From Acidobacteriota bacterium (GTDB lineage Bacteria > Acidobacteriota > UBA890 > WLXD01): a stretch of 64,000 nt of DNA. Position 1 is the stretch's first letter, and the number at the start of each line of letters is the position of its first letter. A program made the translations under genes and the position numbers. Below the pieces are notes generated by a model. That model made no database searches. It was not told the DNA's origin and saw nothing but the letters and a program-made list of their open reading frames with translations. The stretch lies in the NCBI GenBank assembly GCA_965205505.1, contig CBDBHB010000008.1:160001-224000 (forward strand), written 5' to 3'. Of the stretch, positions 53,292 to 63,050 are shown piece after piece.

Positions 53292-55009
53292 CTGACGGTC
53301 ACCGTCAGGGTCGCGGTATCGGTTGCGCCGAAGTTGTCGCGAATCGTCAGCGTCACCGTGTACGTCCCGGCCGTGCTGAAGACGTGCTCCGCGAAGAGAT
53401 CCGCTTCCAGCGTTGGGCTCGTACCGTCACCCCAGTCCCAACGTGCCTCCTGGAGCGTCGCACCCGGGTCGAGCGACGACGACGCATCGAAGGAGACCAC
53501 CTGACCGGCGGAAGGATTGTCGGGCGAGTAGACGAAGCTGGCAATCGGTGCGCCACCGATGACGGTCACCGCAAGGGTCGTAGTCCCGATTTCGCCGAAG
53601 TTGTCGGTTACCGTGAGCGTCACCGTGAACGTCCCCGCCGCGCTGAACCTGTGGTGCGCAGAGGCGTCGCGCTCGATGTCCGCGCTCGTGCCGTCACCCC
53701 AGTCCCAACGGTACTCAACGATGCTGCCGCCCACGTCGAGCGAAGTGGAGGCGCGGAAGGAAACCACCTGGTCGACGGCCGGGTTGTCGGGCGTGTACGT
53801 GAAGCTGGCTACCGGGGCGCCACCGGTTATCTGGAGGGTGATCTGGTTCGAGATCGCCTGTACGGCAGACGTGACGTCGTCCAGGAGCTCGGCCTCGACC
53901 ACGATGATAGCATCGGGCTCGTGGCCGAACAGCGTGTTGAATGCCATGCCGAGGGTGCTGGTGCTCCCCGGGGTGGAATCGGAGAACGTCGCCCGGAGGG
54001 CAACGTCCTTGGTGCTGTACTCGACGATCGTCCAGCGAACCAGCCGGCCACTAAGGACCGTGCCGGAGTCGAGATCGGTCACCGTTGCCGTCATTCCCTC
54101 ACCAACGTTGGGTGCGCCCGTGGTAGAGGTCGTACCGTCGTCGAAGGCCAGTGTGACCGCAGTGTTCTCCTGCGTAGCAGTGGCAATGGCGGTCACCTGG
54201 TTGGATCGGAAGATGACGCTCCCGTCCACCGGATCGAGCACGTCGGCGGTAAGCGTAACGGTGCCTTCGCCCTGCAGGAGAATGGTGGCGAAAGCCTCGC
54301 CGGCGGAATCGGTCAAACTTCGGCTCGGGCTGCCGAAGAAGGCCGCTCCGTGGCCGGAACCGATCGTCAGGTCCTCGATGATGTGGAATTCAACCTCGAC
54401 CCCGGCGATCGCCAACCCGTCGACGGTCTTGACTTTCCCCACCAGGGTGAAATCGGTGGGGGCGACGCCGCGAACGCTGATCGTATCGCCACCGCCGCCG
54501 CGGAAGATCAAATCGACCAGCGCCTCCAGCGGTACCCGGTCGAAGGTCACACGCAGTACGGTGGCAACGTCGGCAATCCATGCTGTCACCGTGCCCGAAC
54601 CGGTGACGGTACTGCGCACAGCAAACGAAGCATTGCCCTCGAATGTTCCTGCCCGCACAGAGCTCGCCGCGGTGGCCGGGTCGGCGCCGAACAGACGGAT
54701 GGTGCCGATGTCGATCGAGACGTTCACCGGGGTGCCGTTGGCCACCGGGTTACCGTTATCGTCGCGCACACGCACGTTGATTATCAGGTCGGTAAGGCCA
54801 TCGGCGCTGCCTATGCCGCCGCCAGTGACGCTGATCAACCCGGAAAACGTGCCCGCGACGTTGGGCGTGTTGCCGGTGAGATCGACGGGGGCGGTCGGGG
54901 CGGTCGGATCGTTGGTCTTGCAGGCCGGCGACAACGCCAAGACGGCTATGAGGACCATCAGAATCATCACGCTCGGGCGCGGGCGACAGAAAAGGAATGC
55001 GCGTCTCAT
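53288..55009 (-). CDS. Lipoprotein with Ig-like domains and two C-terminal PKD repeats
   Basis: Lipobox-like LSPAC; VRDDNGNPVANGTPV Big-1-like motif; two WDWGDG...GT(F/Y)TVTLT..DNFG repeats. Confidence 0.85.
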   Translation of the reverse strand: MRRAFLFCRPRPSVMILMVLIAVLALSPACKTNDPTAPTAPVDLTGNTPNVAGTFSGLISVTGGGIGSADGLTDLIINVRVRDDNGNPVANGTPVNVSIDIGTIRLFGADPATAASSVRAGTFEGNASFAVRSTVTGSGTVTAWIADVATVLRVTFDRVPLEALVDLIFRGGGGDTISVRGVAPTDFTLVGKVKTVDGLAIAGVEVEFHIIEDLTIGSGHGAAFFGSPSRSLTDSAGEAFATILLQGEGTVTLTADVLDPVDGSVIFRSNQVTAIATATQENTAVTLAFDDGTTSTTGAPNVGEGMTATVTDLDSGTVLSGRLVRWTIVEYSTKDVALRATFSDSTPGSTSTLGMAFNTLFGHEPDAIIVVEAELLDDVTSAVQAISNQITLQITGGAPVASFTYTPDNPAVDQVVSFRASTSLDVGGSIVEYRWDWGDGTSADIERDASAHHRFSAAGTFTVTLTVTDNFGEIGTTTLAVTVIGGAPIASFVYSPDNPSAGQVVSFDASSSLDPGATLQEARWDWGDGTSPTLEADLFAEHVFSTAGTYTVTLTIRDNFGATDTATLTVTVS

Positions 55010-55026
55010 GGCGTCGTCAGCTCCCC

Positions 55027-55629
55027 TCAGTCAGCAAAGTCGGCGAAATTGAGGCCGATCGCCGCTTCTGCTTGAACAACGTCGCCAGCAATCGTGTGTC
55101 CGAAGAAACGCACGGTGGCCGTGGCCTGGATGTTTACGAAGCCGGTGACGGGCTCGAACCCAGGCAGAATCAGATGCGAGAGTGGCGGCTGGCTCTTGTG
55201 GGTCGACGGAACCAGCACCAGGGTGAGGCCGGTGATCGTCTCGGTGGGTGAGCCATGGGGCGTCACGCGGACCTTGGCGCTGAGGGCGCGCTGGAATCCT
55301 GGCGGTTTGACGGTTCCCCCATCCGTGCGGTTGAACGTCACCTCATAGCGCTCGAGAAGGATGTCCTGTAGCGCCGGTTGCGATAGGTCGGACGGGTTCT
55401 TCATCCGCGCGATGAGCGTGACGCTGACAGAGTCCTCGGGCAGCGTTCCGTCCGTGCTGAGAATATCGCCGAAGGGTGCGTTGGCGGCCAGGAGGGACGA
55501 GACGATCAGGATGACGGGCGCCGGAGTGTTTCCCAGCCCGCCGCTGGTGCCGCAGCCCGCAACGGCGAGCACCAAGCTGCACACCGCCACGGTGGCCATT
55601 GCTCGTCGGGCACTCGATGGCATGGTCAC
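55027..55629 (-). CDS. Hypothetical lipoprotein (beta-rich)
   Basis: Lipobox VAGC; GTGA overlap with the pilQ stop. Confidence 0.75.
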   Translation of the reverse strand: MTMPSSARRAMATVAVCSLVLAVAGCGTSGGLGNTPAPVILIVSSLLAANAPFGDILSTDGTLPEDSVSVTLIARMKNPSDLSQPALQDILLERYEVTFNRTDGGTVKPPGFQRALSAKVRVTPHGSPTETITGLTLVLVPSTHKSQPPLSHLILPGFEPVTGFVNIQATATVRFFGHTIAGDVVQAEAAIGLNFADFAD

Positions 55630-57096
55630 TGCTCCAAGATCCGTGGCGTGATGAAGATGAGCAACTCGTTGTTTGTCTGCTCGGTCTTGCGGCTCTTGAA
55701 AAGGGAGCCGAGCAGCGGAATGCGGTGAAAGAACGGCACCCGCGATTCCTGCTCGGTAGAGGTCATCTGGAAGATGCCGCCGATGACCGTGGTGCCACCA
55801 TCGCGCACGAGGAGCTTGGTCTCGGCACGGCGCGTGAAGATGGTTGGAATCCCCAGGACCGCGTTACCGAAGTCGGGCTCGCTCTTGTCGACCACGATGT
55901 CGAGCATGATGGTCTGCTCTGAGGTGATTTGCGGCGTGACTTCGAGCCGCAGCTGGGCGTTGATAAAGGTGATCGAGGCGGTGTTGTCGATCAGGGTCTG
56001 CACCGGGATCCGGCGACCGCTCTCGATCGATGCTCGGACGTTGTCCTGGGCAGTGACCTTGGGCGACGAGATGATCTTGCCGCGTCCCTCTTCCTCCATG
56101 GCCGATAACGCCACGTCGAGTCGGAAGGTATCGAGGATGTTGCCCATCGTCAGAGCAACGCCGGTCGTAGCGTTCTGTGAGGGCAGATTCACGGCGAATG
56201 GAACGCCGCCCGTCCCCACCTGCTGAGTGAGGCCGAGCGGGTTGTTGAGACCCTGGATCCCGATGTTGTTGGGGAAAACCAGACCGGTGGTGTTGCCGTG
56301 CTGGGCATCGGCCACGCCGCTGAAGCCCCACTGGATGCCGAGCTCGCGACCGAATTCCTTGGTGGTTTCGACGATGCGCGATTCGATTAACACCTGGGGC
56401 GCTGCGACATCCAGCGTGGTCACCAGGCCGAGGATCGCGTCGAACGATTCGGCGGTGTCTTTGATGATCAGAGTGTTGGTGCGCGTGTCGACCATGACCT
56501 CGCCCCGCTGCGACAGCTGCGCCTCGATAATCGGCACCAGGTTCGCGGCGGTGGCGTAGGACAGTCGCGTGGTATGGGTCTCCAACGGAGACGCTAGCTC
56601 CGCCTGGTTGGCGAGTCGGGCGCGGTCTTCAGCCTCGTCGGCCATACGGCTCAGCGACGAAACTCTGACGATGTTCTCGTCGATGCTGAAGCTCAGCTGG
56701 TGGGCGCGCAGGATCGCCTGGAATGCCGTATCCCAAGCAACGTCGAAAAAGCTGACCGTCACCGGGCCCGAGACTTCAGGGTCGACCACCACGTTGAGAC
56801 CCGTGAGGTTGGAGAAGAAACGCGTCACGTCGCGGATATCTGTGTCGACAAAGTTGATGCTGATCGAAACGCCTTGGAGGTCGCCTTGCGCCAGGATGTC
56901 GGACTCCGTCGGCAACTGTCCGGCAGCGATCCGCTGTTCAACTGGGATCTCCGCTTGGCCCGTGGCCAGTGGTAGCTGTGCAAACGCATCCGCGATGGGG
57001 TACTGGCAGCAGGGTGATGGAAACAGCCACCACCACAGCTGCCAGGCGTCGCCGTTGACGGCTCCGGCAACCTGTCGAACGGGAATGTGCGCCCAT
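55626..57096 (-). CDS. pilQ: Type IV pilus secretin PilQ, with an apparent +1 frameshift near 56997-57000
   Basis: DTRTNTLII, QVLIESRIVE, GGTTVIGG, IPLLGSLFK, ELLIFITPRI; the signal peptide from ATG 57096 is out of frame by 1 nt. Confidence 0.9.
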
Positions 57097-57102
57097 GGCC
57101 AC

Positions 57103-57780
57103 TTACTCTCCCGCGTCCTTAACCAGTCGTTTGATCACCTGGCGCTTGCTTCGCGCACCCAGAAGGTCTTCGACCTCCTGCTCGAACACGATCTCGTGCT
57201 CGTTGATCGTCACGATGCGGCCGTCGTACAACTCGGTGCCAACTTCGGCGAAGTACGTGCGCCGGTCGAGCCCAATGAGCATGGCGTGCCAACGCCCCTG
57301 GAACTCGGCCAGGGCCGAGATGCCTATCTCACCGAGCATGAAGCCCGCTAACCCTGGAGGCCGCAGCGTTGGCGCGCTGAGCTCGCGCTGACGGAGCAGC
57401 AGGAGGCTGCGAAAGGGGTCGCGGCGGCCGCCCGCGTTGTACACGAAGTTCTGCCCGCTCAAGATCATCTGCTGCTCAGCCAGGATCCGCTCGATGAGGC
57501 GCACCGCTTGCTCCTCGTCGTTGGTCATGCCGGCGCTGATCACCGGCAGCTCACCCGGATCGATCAACGCAGGGTGCTCGGGCTCCGCGTCCGGATCGAC
57601 TTCGGCGTCATCCGATTCCTGCGACTCTGGCAGACCCTCTTGCTGGATCGCGGCCACTGCGGTGCCCCCTGTCCGCGCAGGCGTGAGCCGGGCCGCGGCG
57701 ACAAGGCTGCCTTGCGCCATCATCAATACGACAAGCTCCGAACCTGCGTTCCTTCGCCAGGACCCACATCGAAAGCTCAT
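57103..57780 (-). CDS. pilP: PilP-like protein
   Basis: YNAGGRRDPF motif, G..YDGRIVTI; located between pilO and pilQ. Confidence 0.65.
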   Translation of the reverse strand: MSFRCGSWRRNAGSELVVLMMAQGSLVAAARLTPARTGGTAVAAIQQEGLPESQESDDAEVDPDAEPEHPALIDPGELPVISAGMTNDEEQAVRLIERILAEQQMILSGQNFVYNAGGRRDPFRSLLLLRQRELSAPTLRPPGLAGFMLGEIGISALAEFQGRWHAMLIGLDRRTYFAEVGTELYDGRIVTINEHEIVFEQEVEDLLGARSKRQVIKRLVKDAGE

Positions 57781-58379
57781 TGAGCCACCATCTCCTCGAA
57801 CTCGTCGGCGGCGAGATTGTCGAACTCGTCTTCCACGAAGATGAACGTCATTGCGGTTACCGTGGCCTCGACTGACGCGTCGGTGCCGTCCAACGCCGAG
57901 ATGGCAACTTCGTCGACGTTGATGATGCGTGCGAACTTGCCGATCCGATCGAAGAAACGCGCCAGATCGTGATAGGTGCCGGTGAGCTCGAGCTCGATCG
58001 GCGACTCGGCATAGAATTCGTGCGGAACCGGGTCACGGAACTCGAGGTCGCGGATGTCGAGATTCGACTGTGCCGCGAGCGTCCCCACACCGCGCAGCAG
58101 GTCGGCGGTCTCGTACTCTTCCGGCAGAATGTGCGCCAAGACTTGGAGGCGGCGGTCGAGGGCGGAAAGCTCCTCGCGAAGCTCCGGCAGGCTGTCGGCG
58201 ACCGCCTGTATTTGCTGCACCTCGATCTTGAGGCTAGCGATTTCGTTCTCTGTTTGAGTGATCTCCCGGGAGGTCGAGCGCCAGAACTGCATGTAGTACA
58301 TGCCGACGAGCGCCAAGCACAGGGCGACCGACACAAGCCACTGCTTTTTCGGTGACAGGTCGTTCATGGACAACGCCAT
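57777..58379 (-). CDS. pilO: Type IV pilus protein PilO
   Basis: N-terminal TM, coiled coil, FYAESPIELELTGTYHDLARFFDRI. Confidence 0.9.
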   Translation of the reverse strand: MALSMNDLSPKKQWLVSVALCLALVGMYYMQFWRSTSREITQTENEIASLKIEVQQIQAVADSLPELREELSALDRRLQVLAHILPEEYETADLLRGVGTLAAQSNLDIRDLEFRDPVPHEFYAESPIELELTGTYHDLARFFDRIGKFARIINVDEVAISALDGTDASVEATVTAMTFIFVEDEFDNLAADEFEEMVAQ

Positions 58380-58989
58380 CAGCCCCCCCGCCGACGGCCG
58401 GGGTCGTCGGCTCCTGTACAGAAGACACGTTGTTCGCCTTGAAGACCAGAGTGATCTGGAAGCTCACTGTCTCGCCGGAGTTACCCATCGTGCGCAGGCG
58501 CACTTGCTCGAAATACCGCGAGGCCTGGAGGTTGGTGAGAAAGCCGGCCACAGGGTTGTCCGACAGAGCCGCTCCGCGGAGCGTGACGTCACCGCTGGCA
58601 AGATCGAGCTTGGTCAGCCAGAGCCCATCGGTAACCAGCCGGATGATTTCATCGAGCAACATTACTGGGCCTGTCTGATTGGCTTTGAGCTCGACGATGA
58701 CCTCGAGCTTCTGGCGTAGCAGATCGGTGCGGTCTTGTAGCGCGTCCACCTGGTCCGCTACCTCCTGGACCCGGGCGCGCTCGGACTGTACGAGCGCGAG
58801 CTCGGTTCGCATCCGCTTGAGCGTGCCGCTCTGAGACCACCAGGCGAATCCGATGCCCAGCAGCATGACAACGAACATCCCCGCAATGCCCGCCTGCACC
58901 GCGCCAACCGAGAACTCCGGCAGCCGGATGGCGCGCAGACCCTTGCTTTTCTTGGCGGAATCGGCGCCCAGCAGGTTGATACAAATCAT
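58234..58989 (-). CDS. pilN: Type IV pilus protein PilN (C-terminus runs on past the expected stop at 58379-58381)
   Basis: MICINLL, TM, LWLTKL, F..NLQAS.YF. Confidence 0.88.
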   Translation of the reverse strand: MICINLLGADSAKKSKGLRAIRLPEFSVGAVQAGIAGMFVVMLLGIGFAWWSQSGTLKRMRTELALVQSERARVQEVADQVDALQDRTDLLRQKLEVIVELKANQTGPVMLLDEIIRLVTDGLWLTKLDLASGDVTLRGAALSDNPVAGFLTNLQASRYFEQVRLRTMGNSGETVSFQITLVFKANNVSSVQEPTTPAVGGGADGVVHERPVTEKAVACVGRPVLGARRHVLHAVLALDLPGDHSNRERNR

Positions 58990-58996
58990 CGTTCCT

Positions 58997-60139
58997 TTAC
59001 TCCGTCACGCCACGTAGCGCCAGACCCAGCGCAACGGTCGATTCGGGGCCGGTCTCCCAGACGTACTCCGGATCGAAGCCCCCGTCGGGTATCGAGATCC
59101 GCCGCATCGGATCGAACTGTTCGACCGGCCATCCGAGCCGCTCCTCGAGGCGAACGGCCAAGTCGGTGATATGAGCACCGCCGCCAGCCAGAAAAATTGC
59201 GTCGAGACGATCGCGTACCGCCTGGATCTGGTAAAAGTCGAACGTCTTACGGATCTCGGTGATGATCTGGTCGGAGACCTGGCCAATGGCCTCGAGCACA
59301 CGCGGATCGGTGGCGGCATCGCGCAGTTCCGAGCCCGCCTCGTCGTCGTCGCTCCACTCGGCGAGTCCGCGGTCTTTGTCCTGCGGCCCGCCGGTGGCGC
59401 TCTCGCGGCTGACCCGTCGCAGGACCTCTTCGGCGTCGAACGGATCGAGCATGAACTGACGCTGCAACGCCGCGGTATACCGGTTCATTCCCACGGCGAT
59501 GTCGCGCCAAAAGGTCGGCCTGCCACCCTCGAGCACCGCCATGTTGATCACCGATGCGCCCAGGTTGAGGATCGCGACGTCCTCGAACTGGCGCTCGGGA
59601 TAGCTGAACTCGAAGGCGTTCTGCACGGCGAACGCGTCGATATCCATGATCGTCGCGGTCCGCGTGGCCGCCTCGATAGCCGCAACATGCTCGTCTACAC
59701 AATCTCTCTTGGCTGCCACGAGGACGACGTCCATGGTGTCCTTCTCTTCGTCGTCGTCGAGCACCGCGAAGTCCAGGTCGACATCGTTGATCTCGAACGG
59801 GATGTACTCCGCGGCATCTGAGGACAGCGATTCCCGGAACTCGTCGGGATCCTGGCGCCTCGTAGTCAGGCGCCGCACGATGACCGCGTTACCCGAAACC
59901 GATGCGGCGACGTATCGGGTACGGATCTTGTGCTGGTCGAAAAGCTCCACGATGGTCTGGGCGACGGCCGTCTGGTCGACGATCACGCCATCGACGACGG
60001 CCTCGCTCGGAAGCTCGGCGGTGGCGAAGTGAGTGAGCTCGAAAGGCAAGTCGCCCTTGACGCTGCGTACGGCGACCAACTTGACCGCGTACGAGCCGAT
60101 ATCGAGCCCTACAATTTGTCGGGTCCGGCTCAGGAACAT
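58997..60139 (-). CDS. pilM: Type IV pilus protein PilM
   Basis: VGLDIGSYAVK, YIPF, LAGGGA, VALGLALRG; ATG at 60139. Confidence 0.93.
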   Translation of the reverse strand: MFLSRTRQIVGLDIGSYAVKLVAVRSVKGDLPFELTHFATAELPSEAVVDGVIVDQTAVAQTIVELFDQHKIRTRYVAASVSGNAVIVRRLTTRRQDPDEFRESLSSDAAEYIPFEINDVDLDFAVLDDDEEKDTMDVVLVAAKRDCVDEHVAAIEAATRTATIMDIDAFAVQNAFEFSYPERQFEDVAILNLGASVINMAVLEGGRPTFWRDIAVGMNRYTAALQRQFMLDPFDAEEVLRRVSRESATGGPQDKDRGLAEWSDDDEAGSELRDAATDPRVLEAIGQVSDQIITEIRKTFDFYQIQAVRDRLDAIFLAGGGAHITDLAVRLEERLGWPVEQFDPMRRISIPDGGFDPEYVWETGPESTVALGLALRGVTE

Positions 60140-60186
60140 GAATTCCCACCCCAGAACGGACCCAGCTTGCTTTTCGCCCGTCCATA

Positions 60187-60216
60187 TTTGTAAACGTCGG
60201 TGGTGGGCAGTGTCAA
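60187..60216 (-). promoter_or_regulatory. Candidate sigma70 promoter of the pil operon
   Basis: TTGACA-18 nt-TACAAA on the minus strand, about 50 nt upstream of pilM. Confidence 0.45.
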
Positions 60217-60398
60217 GCGCCCCCACGAAGTTTTGCCTCCGTATGCACATCAGAACGCAAACGAAGCCAACCGGATCTACCAGGGTGGAGGGCGGAGTCT
60301 CCCGGCCTACCTCACCCGATTAGACGGCCATCGGAAGCAACGATCCGGAGCTGCCCAGACCTCGGACGTGGCGCCGCGGGGTCAGGGCGACGCCGTGG

Positions 60399-60791
60399 TC
60401 ATGCGGTAGCGACGGCGTCGATCTCGACCCGCACGTCCTTCGGTAACCGTGCCACCTCCACCGTGGCACGCGCCGGGGGCGCGTCGCCGAAGTACTCACC
60501 GTACGCGGCGTTGACCTCGGCGAAGTCGCCCATGTCGACCAGAAAGATGGTCGTTTTGACGACCCGGTCGAAGCTGCTGCCGGCGGCCTCCAGCACTGCG
60601 GCCAGGTTGGCCATCACGCGGTGTACCTGGTCGGTGATCGAACCTTCGACGATGTCACCGGTGCTCGGGTCGATGGGGATCTGGCCCGATAAGAACACCA
60701 GGCGGCCAGCTCCCAGATCGATGTCGGTGGCCTGAGAGTACGGACCCAGAGCACCCGGGGCGTTGTCGGTATGAATGGCGCGATGGCTCAA
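60399..60791 (-). CDS. ridA: RidA/YjgF family enamine deaminase
   Basis: GPYSQA, SGQIP, VNAAYGEYF..PPARATVEV..LPK..RVEID. Confidence 0.93.
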   Translation of the reverse strand: MSHRAIHTDNAPGALGPYSQATDIDLGAGRLVFLSGQIPIDPSTGDIVEGSITDQVHRVMANLAAVLEAAGSSFDRVVKTTIFLVDMGDFAEVNAAYGEYFGDAPPARATVEVARLPKDVRVEIDAVATA

Positions 60792-60831
60792 GTAACCTCC
60801 GCGAACGGTTGGCTATGACCTGCCAATTATC

Positions 60832-60864
60832 CTAGCAGGCCGTGGTGGAAGTGTGGCCTGCTAG
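60832..60864. repeat. 33-bp mini-element family B with perfect 10-bp inverted ends
   Basis: CTAGCAGGCC-GTGGTGGAAGTGT-GGCCTGCTAG; right CTAG contains the rel TAG stop. Confidence 0.88.
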
Positions 60865-63050
60865 GGAACGCGACCGCGGTGTACTGACCGGACACCCTCG
60901 ATGATCTCGATCGCGGCCACCAGCGTGCGTAGATGCTGACTGTCCGTCACGTCGAGAATCAAATCCACTCGCCCCTTGTATCCTTCGAGCTTCGACTCGA
61001 TGTGTCGGATGTTGGCGCCGCCCTCGGCGATCTTCGAGGTGAGCGCGGCGAACAAGCCGGGGCGGTCGTCGAACTCGACCCGCAGCCGAACGGGAAGGAC
61101 GCTGCCTTCCTCCCCCTTCCAGACAACGTCGATGCGTCGATCCTCGGTCTCCAGCAGCAGCCCGATATTTCCACAGCTAGTGGAGTGTACGGAAACACCC
61201 TTACCGCGGGTCACATAGCCCACTATGGCCTCCCCCGGAACCGGCCCGCAACAGCGGGCGCGATAGACCATGATGTCGTCCAGGCCTTTCACCTGGATGG
61301 CACCCTGGGCGCTCCAACCGAGCGCCCGATCCACCATTCGGCGCAGGCGAGAAGGCTCCCTCGTCGGCGCCTCGATCTTGTCAAGCGGTAGGATCTTTTC
61401 GATTAGCGGCCCTGCGGTAACCTTGCCGAAGCTCACGGCCACCAGCAGGTCCTCGGCACTCGAGGCACCGAACTGGGCGCCGATTCGCTCCAGGGTGCCG
61501 TCCGACATCAGCTTCTTGAGCCGCAGCCCGTACTTGCGGAACTCTTTCTCCAGGATCTTCCTTCCGAGCTCGAGGCTGCGGGCGCGCTCTTGCTTATTGA
61601 GCCAGTTACGAATCCGATTGCGAGCCCGCGAGGTCTCCACGAGATTGAGCCAATCGCGGCTCGGAGAGGCATCCTGCGCTGTGTTGATCTCGACGATATC
61701 GCCGTTACGCAGCTGCTGACGCAGCGGTACGAGCTTGCCGTTGATCTTGGCGCCGGTGCAGTGCTGCCCGATCTCCGTGTGGATCATGTAGGCGAAGTCG
61801 ATGGGCGTCGCACCCCGGGGCAGCGACTTGACGTCGCCGTCGGGGGTGAAGACGTAGACCTCGTCCGGGTACAGGTTGAGCTTCAACGATGACAGGAACT
61901 CGCCTGGGTCCGACACTTCACCCTGCGACTCCACCAGCTGGCGAAGCCACGCCAGCGGCTGAGTCTCCTCAGCGGTCGCATCCACGCCCTCCTTGTAAAG
62001 CCAGTGCGCCGCGATGCCCTCCTCGGCCACCCGATGCATCTCCTCGGTGCGGATCTGCACCTCGAACGGTCTGCCGCGATCCATCAACGTGGTATGAAGC
62101 GATTGGTACATGTTGCGCTTTGGCATCGCGATGAAATCTTTGAAGCGCCCGGGAAGCGGACTCCACTGGTTGTGCATGATGCCGAGCGCCGCATAACAGT
62201 TGCGGACGGTATCGGTGGTGATACGAAACGCGATCAGGTCGAATACCTGGTCGAAGTCCAGGTCGCGGTCGCGCATCTTGCGGTGCAGGCTAAGCAGCCC
62301 CTTGATGCGGTGGGCTGCGCGGCACGGAATGTCGTGGTCAGCGAGCGCCCCTTCGATCTCCCCTTTGATGCGCTCGGTGAAGTCTTTCCCGGCCCGGGTA
62401 CGCCCATCGACCAGCTTGTTGAGACGCTCGAAAGCCTCCGGCTCGAGGTGGGCGAACGCCAGATCCTCGAGCTCGGCCTGGATACGCCCCATGCCCAATC
62501 GGTGAGCCAGCGGTGCGTATATCTCGCTGGTCTCGCGCGCTATGCGACGGCGCGCATCGCTGCCTAGCCAACCGAGCGTGCGCATGTTGTGAAGCCGGTC
62601 GGCCAGCTTCACCAGCAACACCCGGGCATCCTCGACCATGGCCAACAGCAGCTTGCGATAATTGTCGGCTTGCTCGTGCGCCTTGGAAGTGAACTCGATC
62701 TGACCGATCTTGCTTACGCCCTCAACGAGCTTCGCGACCTCTTCGCCGAACAACTCCGCCAGCTCGTCTCGCGTAACGGCCGTGTCCTCGAGCACGTCGT
62801 GGAGCAGCGCAACCGCGATGCTGTTGGCGTCGAGGTGTAGCTCGGCGAGGATGCTCGCCGCCGCCACCGTGTGGTTGACGTACGGCTCGCCGGAGCGTCG
62901 GGCCTGGTCGCCGTGCGACGCGCACGCGAAGTCATGCGCCCTCGATATCAGATCCAGATCCTCCGCACGGTGCTGCCCGGCGAGCTGCTCCATCAGTCCG
63001 GCGAAGCTGCTCGCCTTGTCAGGCACTCCGGGTGCACTACGGGTGGACAT
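60861..63050 (-). CDS. Bifunctional (p)ppGpp synthetase/hydrolase RelA/SpoT
   Basis: RRSGEPY, LLHDVLED, KLADRLHNMRTL, YQSLHTT, TGS, RCC and ACT domains. Confidence 0.96.
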   Translation of the reverse strand: MSTRSAPGVPDKASSFAGLMEQLAGQHRAEDLDLISRAHDFACASHGDQARRSGEPYVNHTVAAASILAELHLDANSIAVALLHDVLEDTAVTRDELAELFGEEVAKLVEGVSKIGQIEFTSKAHEQADNYRKLLLAMVEDARVLLVKLADRLHNMRTLGWLGSDARRRIARETSEIYAPLAHRLGMGRIQAELEDLAFAHLEPEAFERLNKLVDGRTRAGKDFTERIKGEIEGALADHDIPCRAAHRIKGLLSLHRKMRDRDLDFDQVFDLIAFRITTDTVRNCYAALGIMHNQWSPLPGRFKDFIAMPKRNMYQSLHTTLMDRGRPFEVQIRTEEMHRVAEEGIAAHWLYKEGVDATAEETQPLAWLRQLVESQGEVSDPGEFLSSLKLNLYPDEVYVFTPDGDVKSLPRGATPIDFAYMIHTEIGQHCTGAKINGKLVPLRQQLRNGDIVEINTAQDASPSRDWLNLVETSRARNRIRNWLNKQERARSLELGRKILEKEFRKYGLRLKKLMSDGTLERIGAQFGASSAEDLLVAVSFGKVTAGPLIEKILPLDKIEAPTREPSRLRRMVDRALGWSAQGAIQVKGLDDIMVYRARCCGPVPGEAIVGYVTRGKGVSVHSTSCGNIGLLLETEDRRIDVVWKGEEGSVLPVRLRVEFDDRPGLFAALTSKIAEGGANIRHIESKLEGYKGRVDLILDVTDSQHLRTLVAAIEIIEGVRSVHRGRVP

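Noticed and set aside
53384-55075. Two long plus-strand ORFs (563 and 497 aa)
   Set aside because: Antisense shadows of the PKD lipoprotein caused by high-GC codon bias; no motifs or SD
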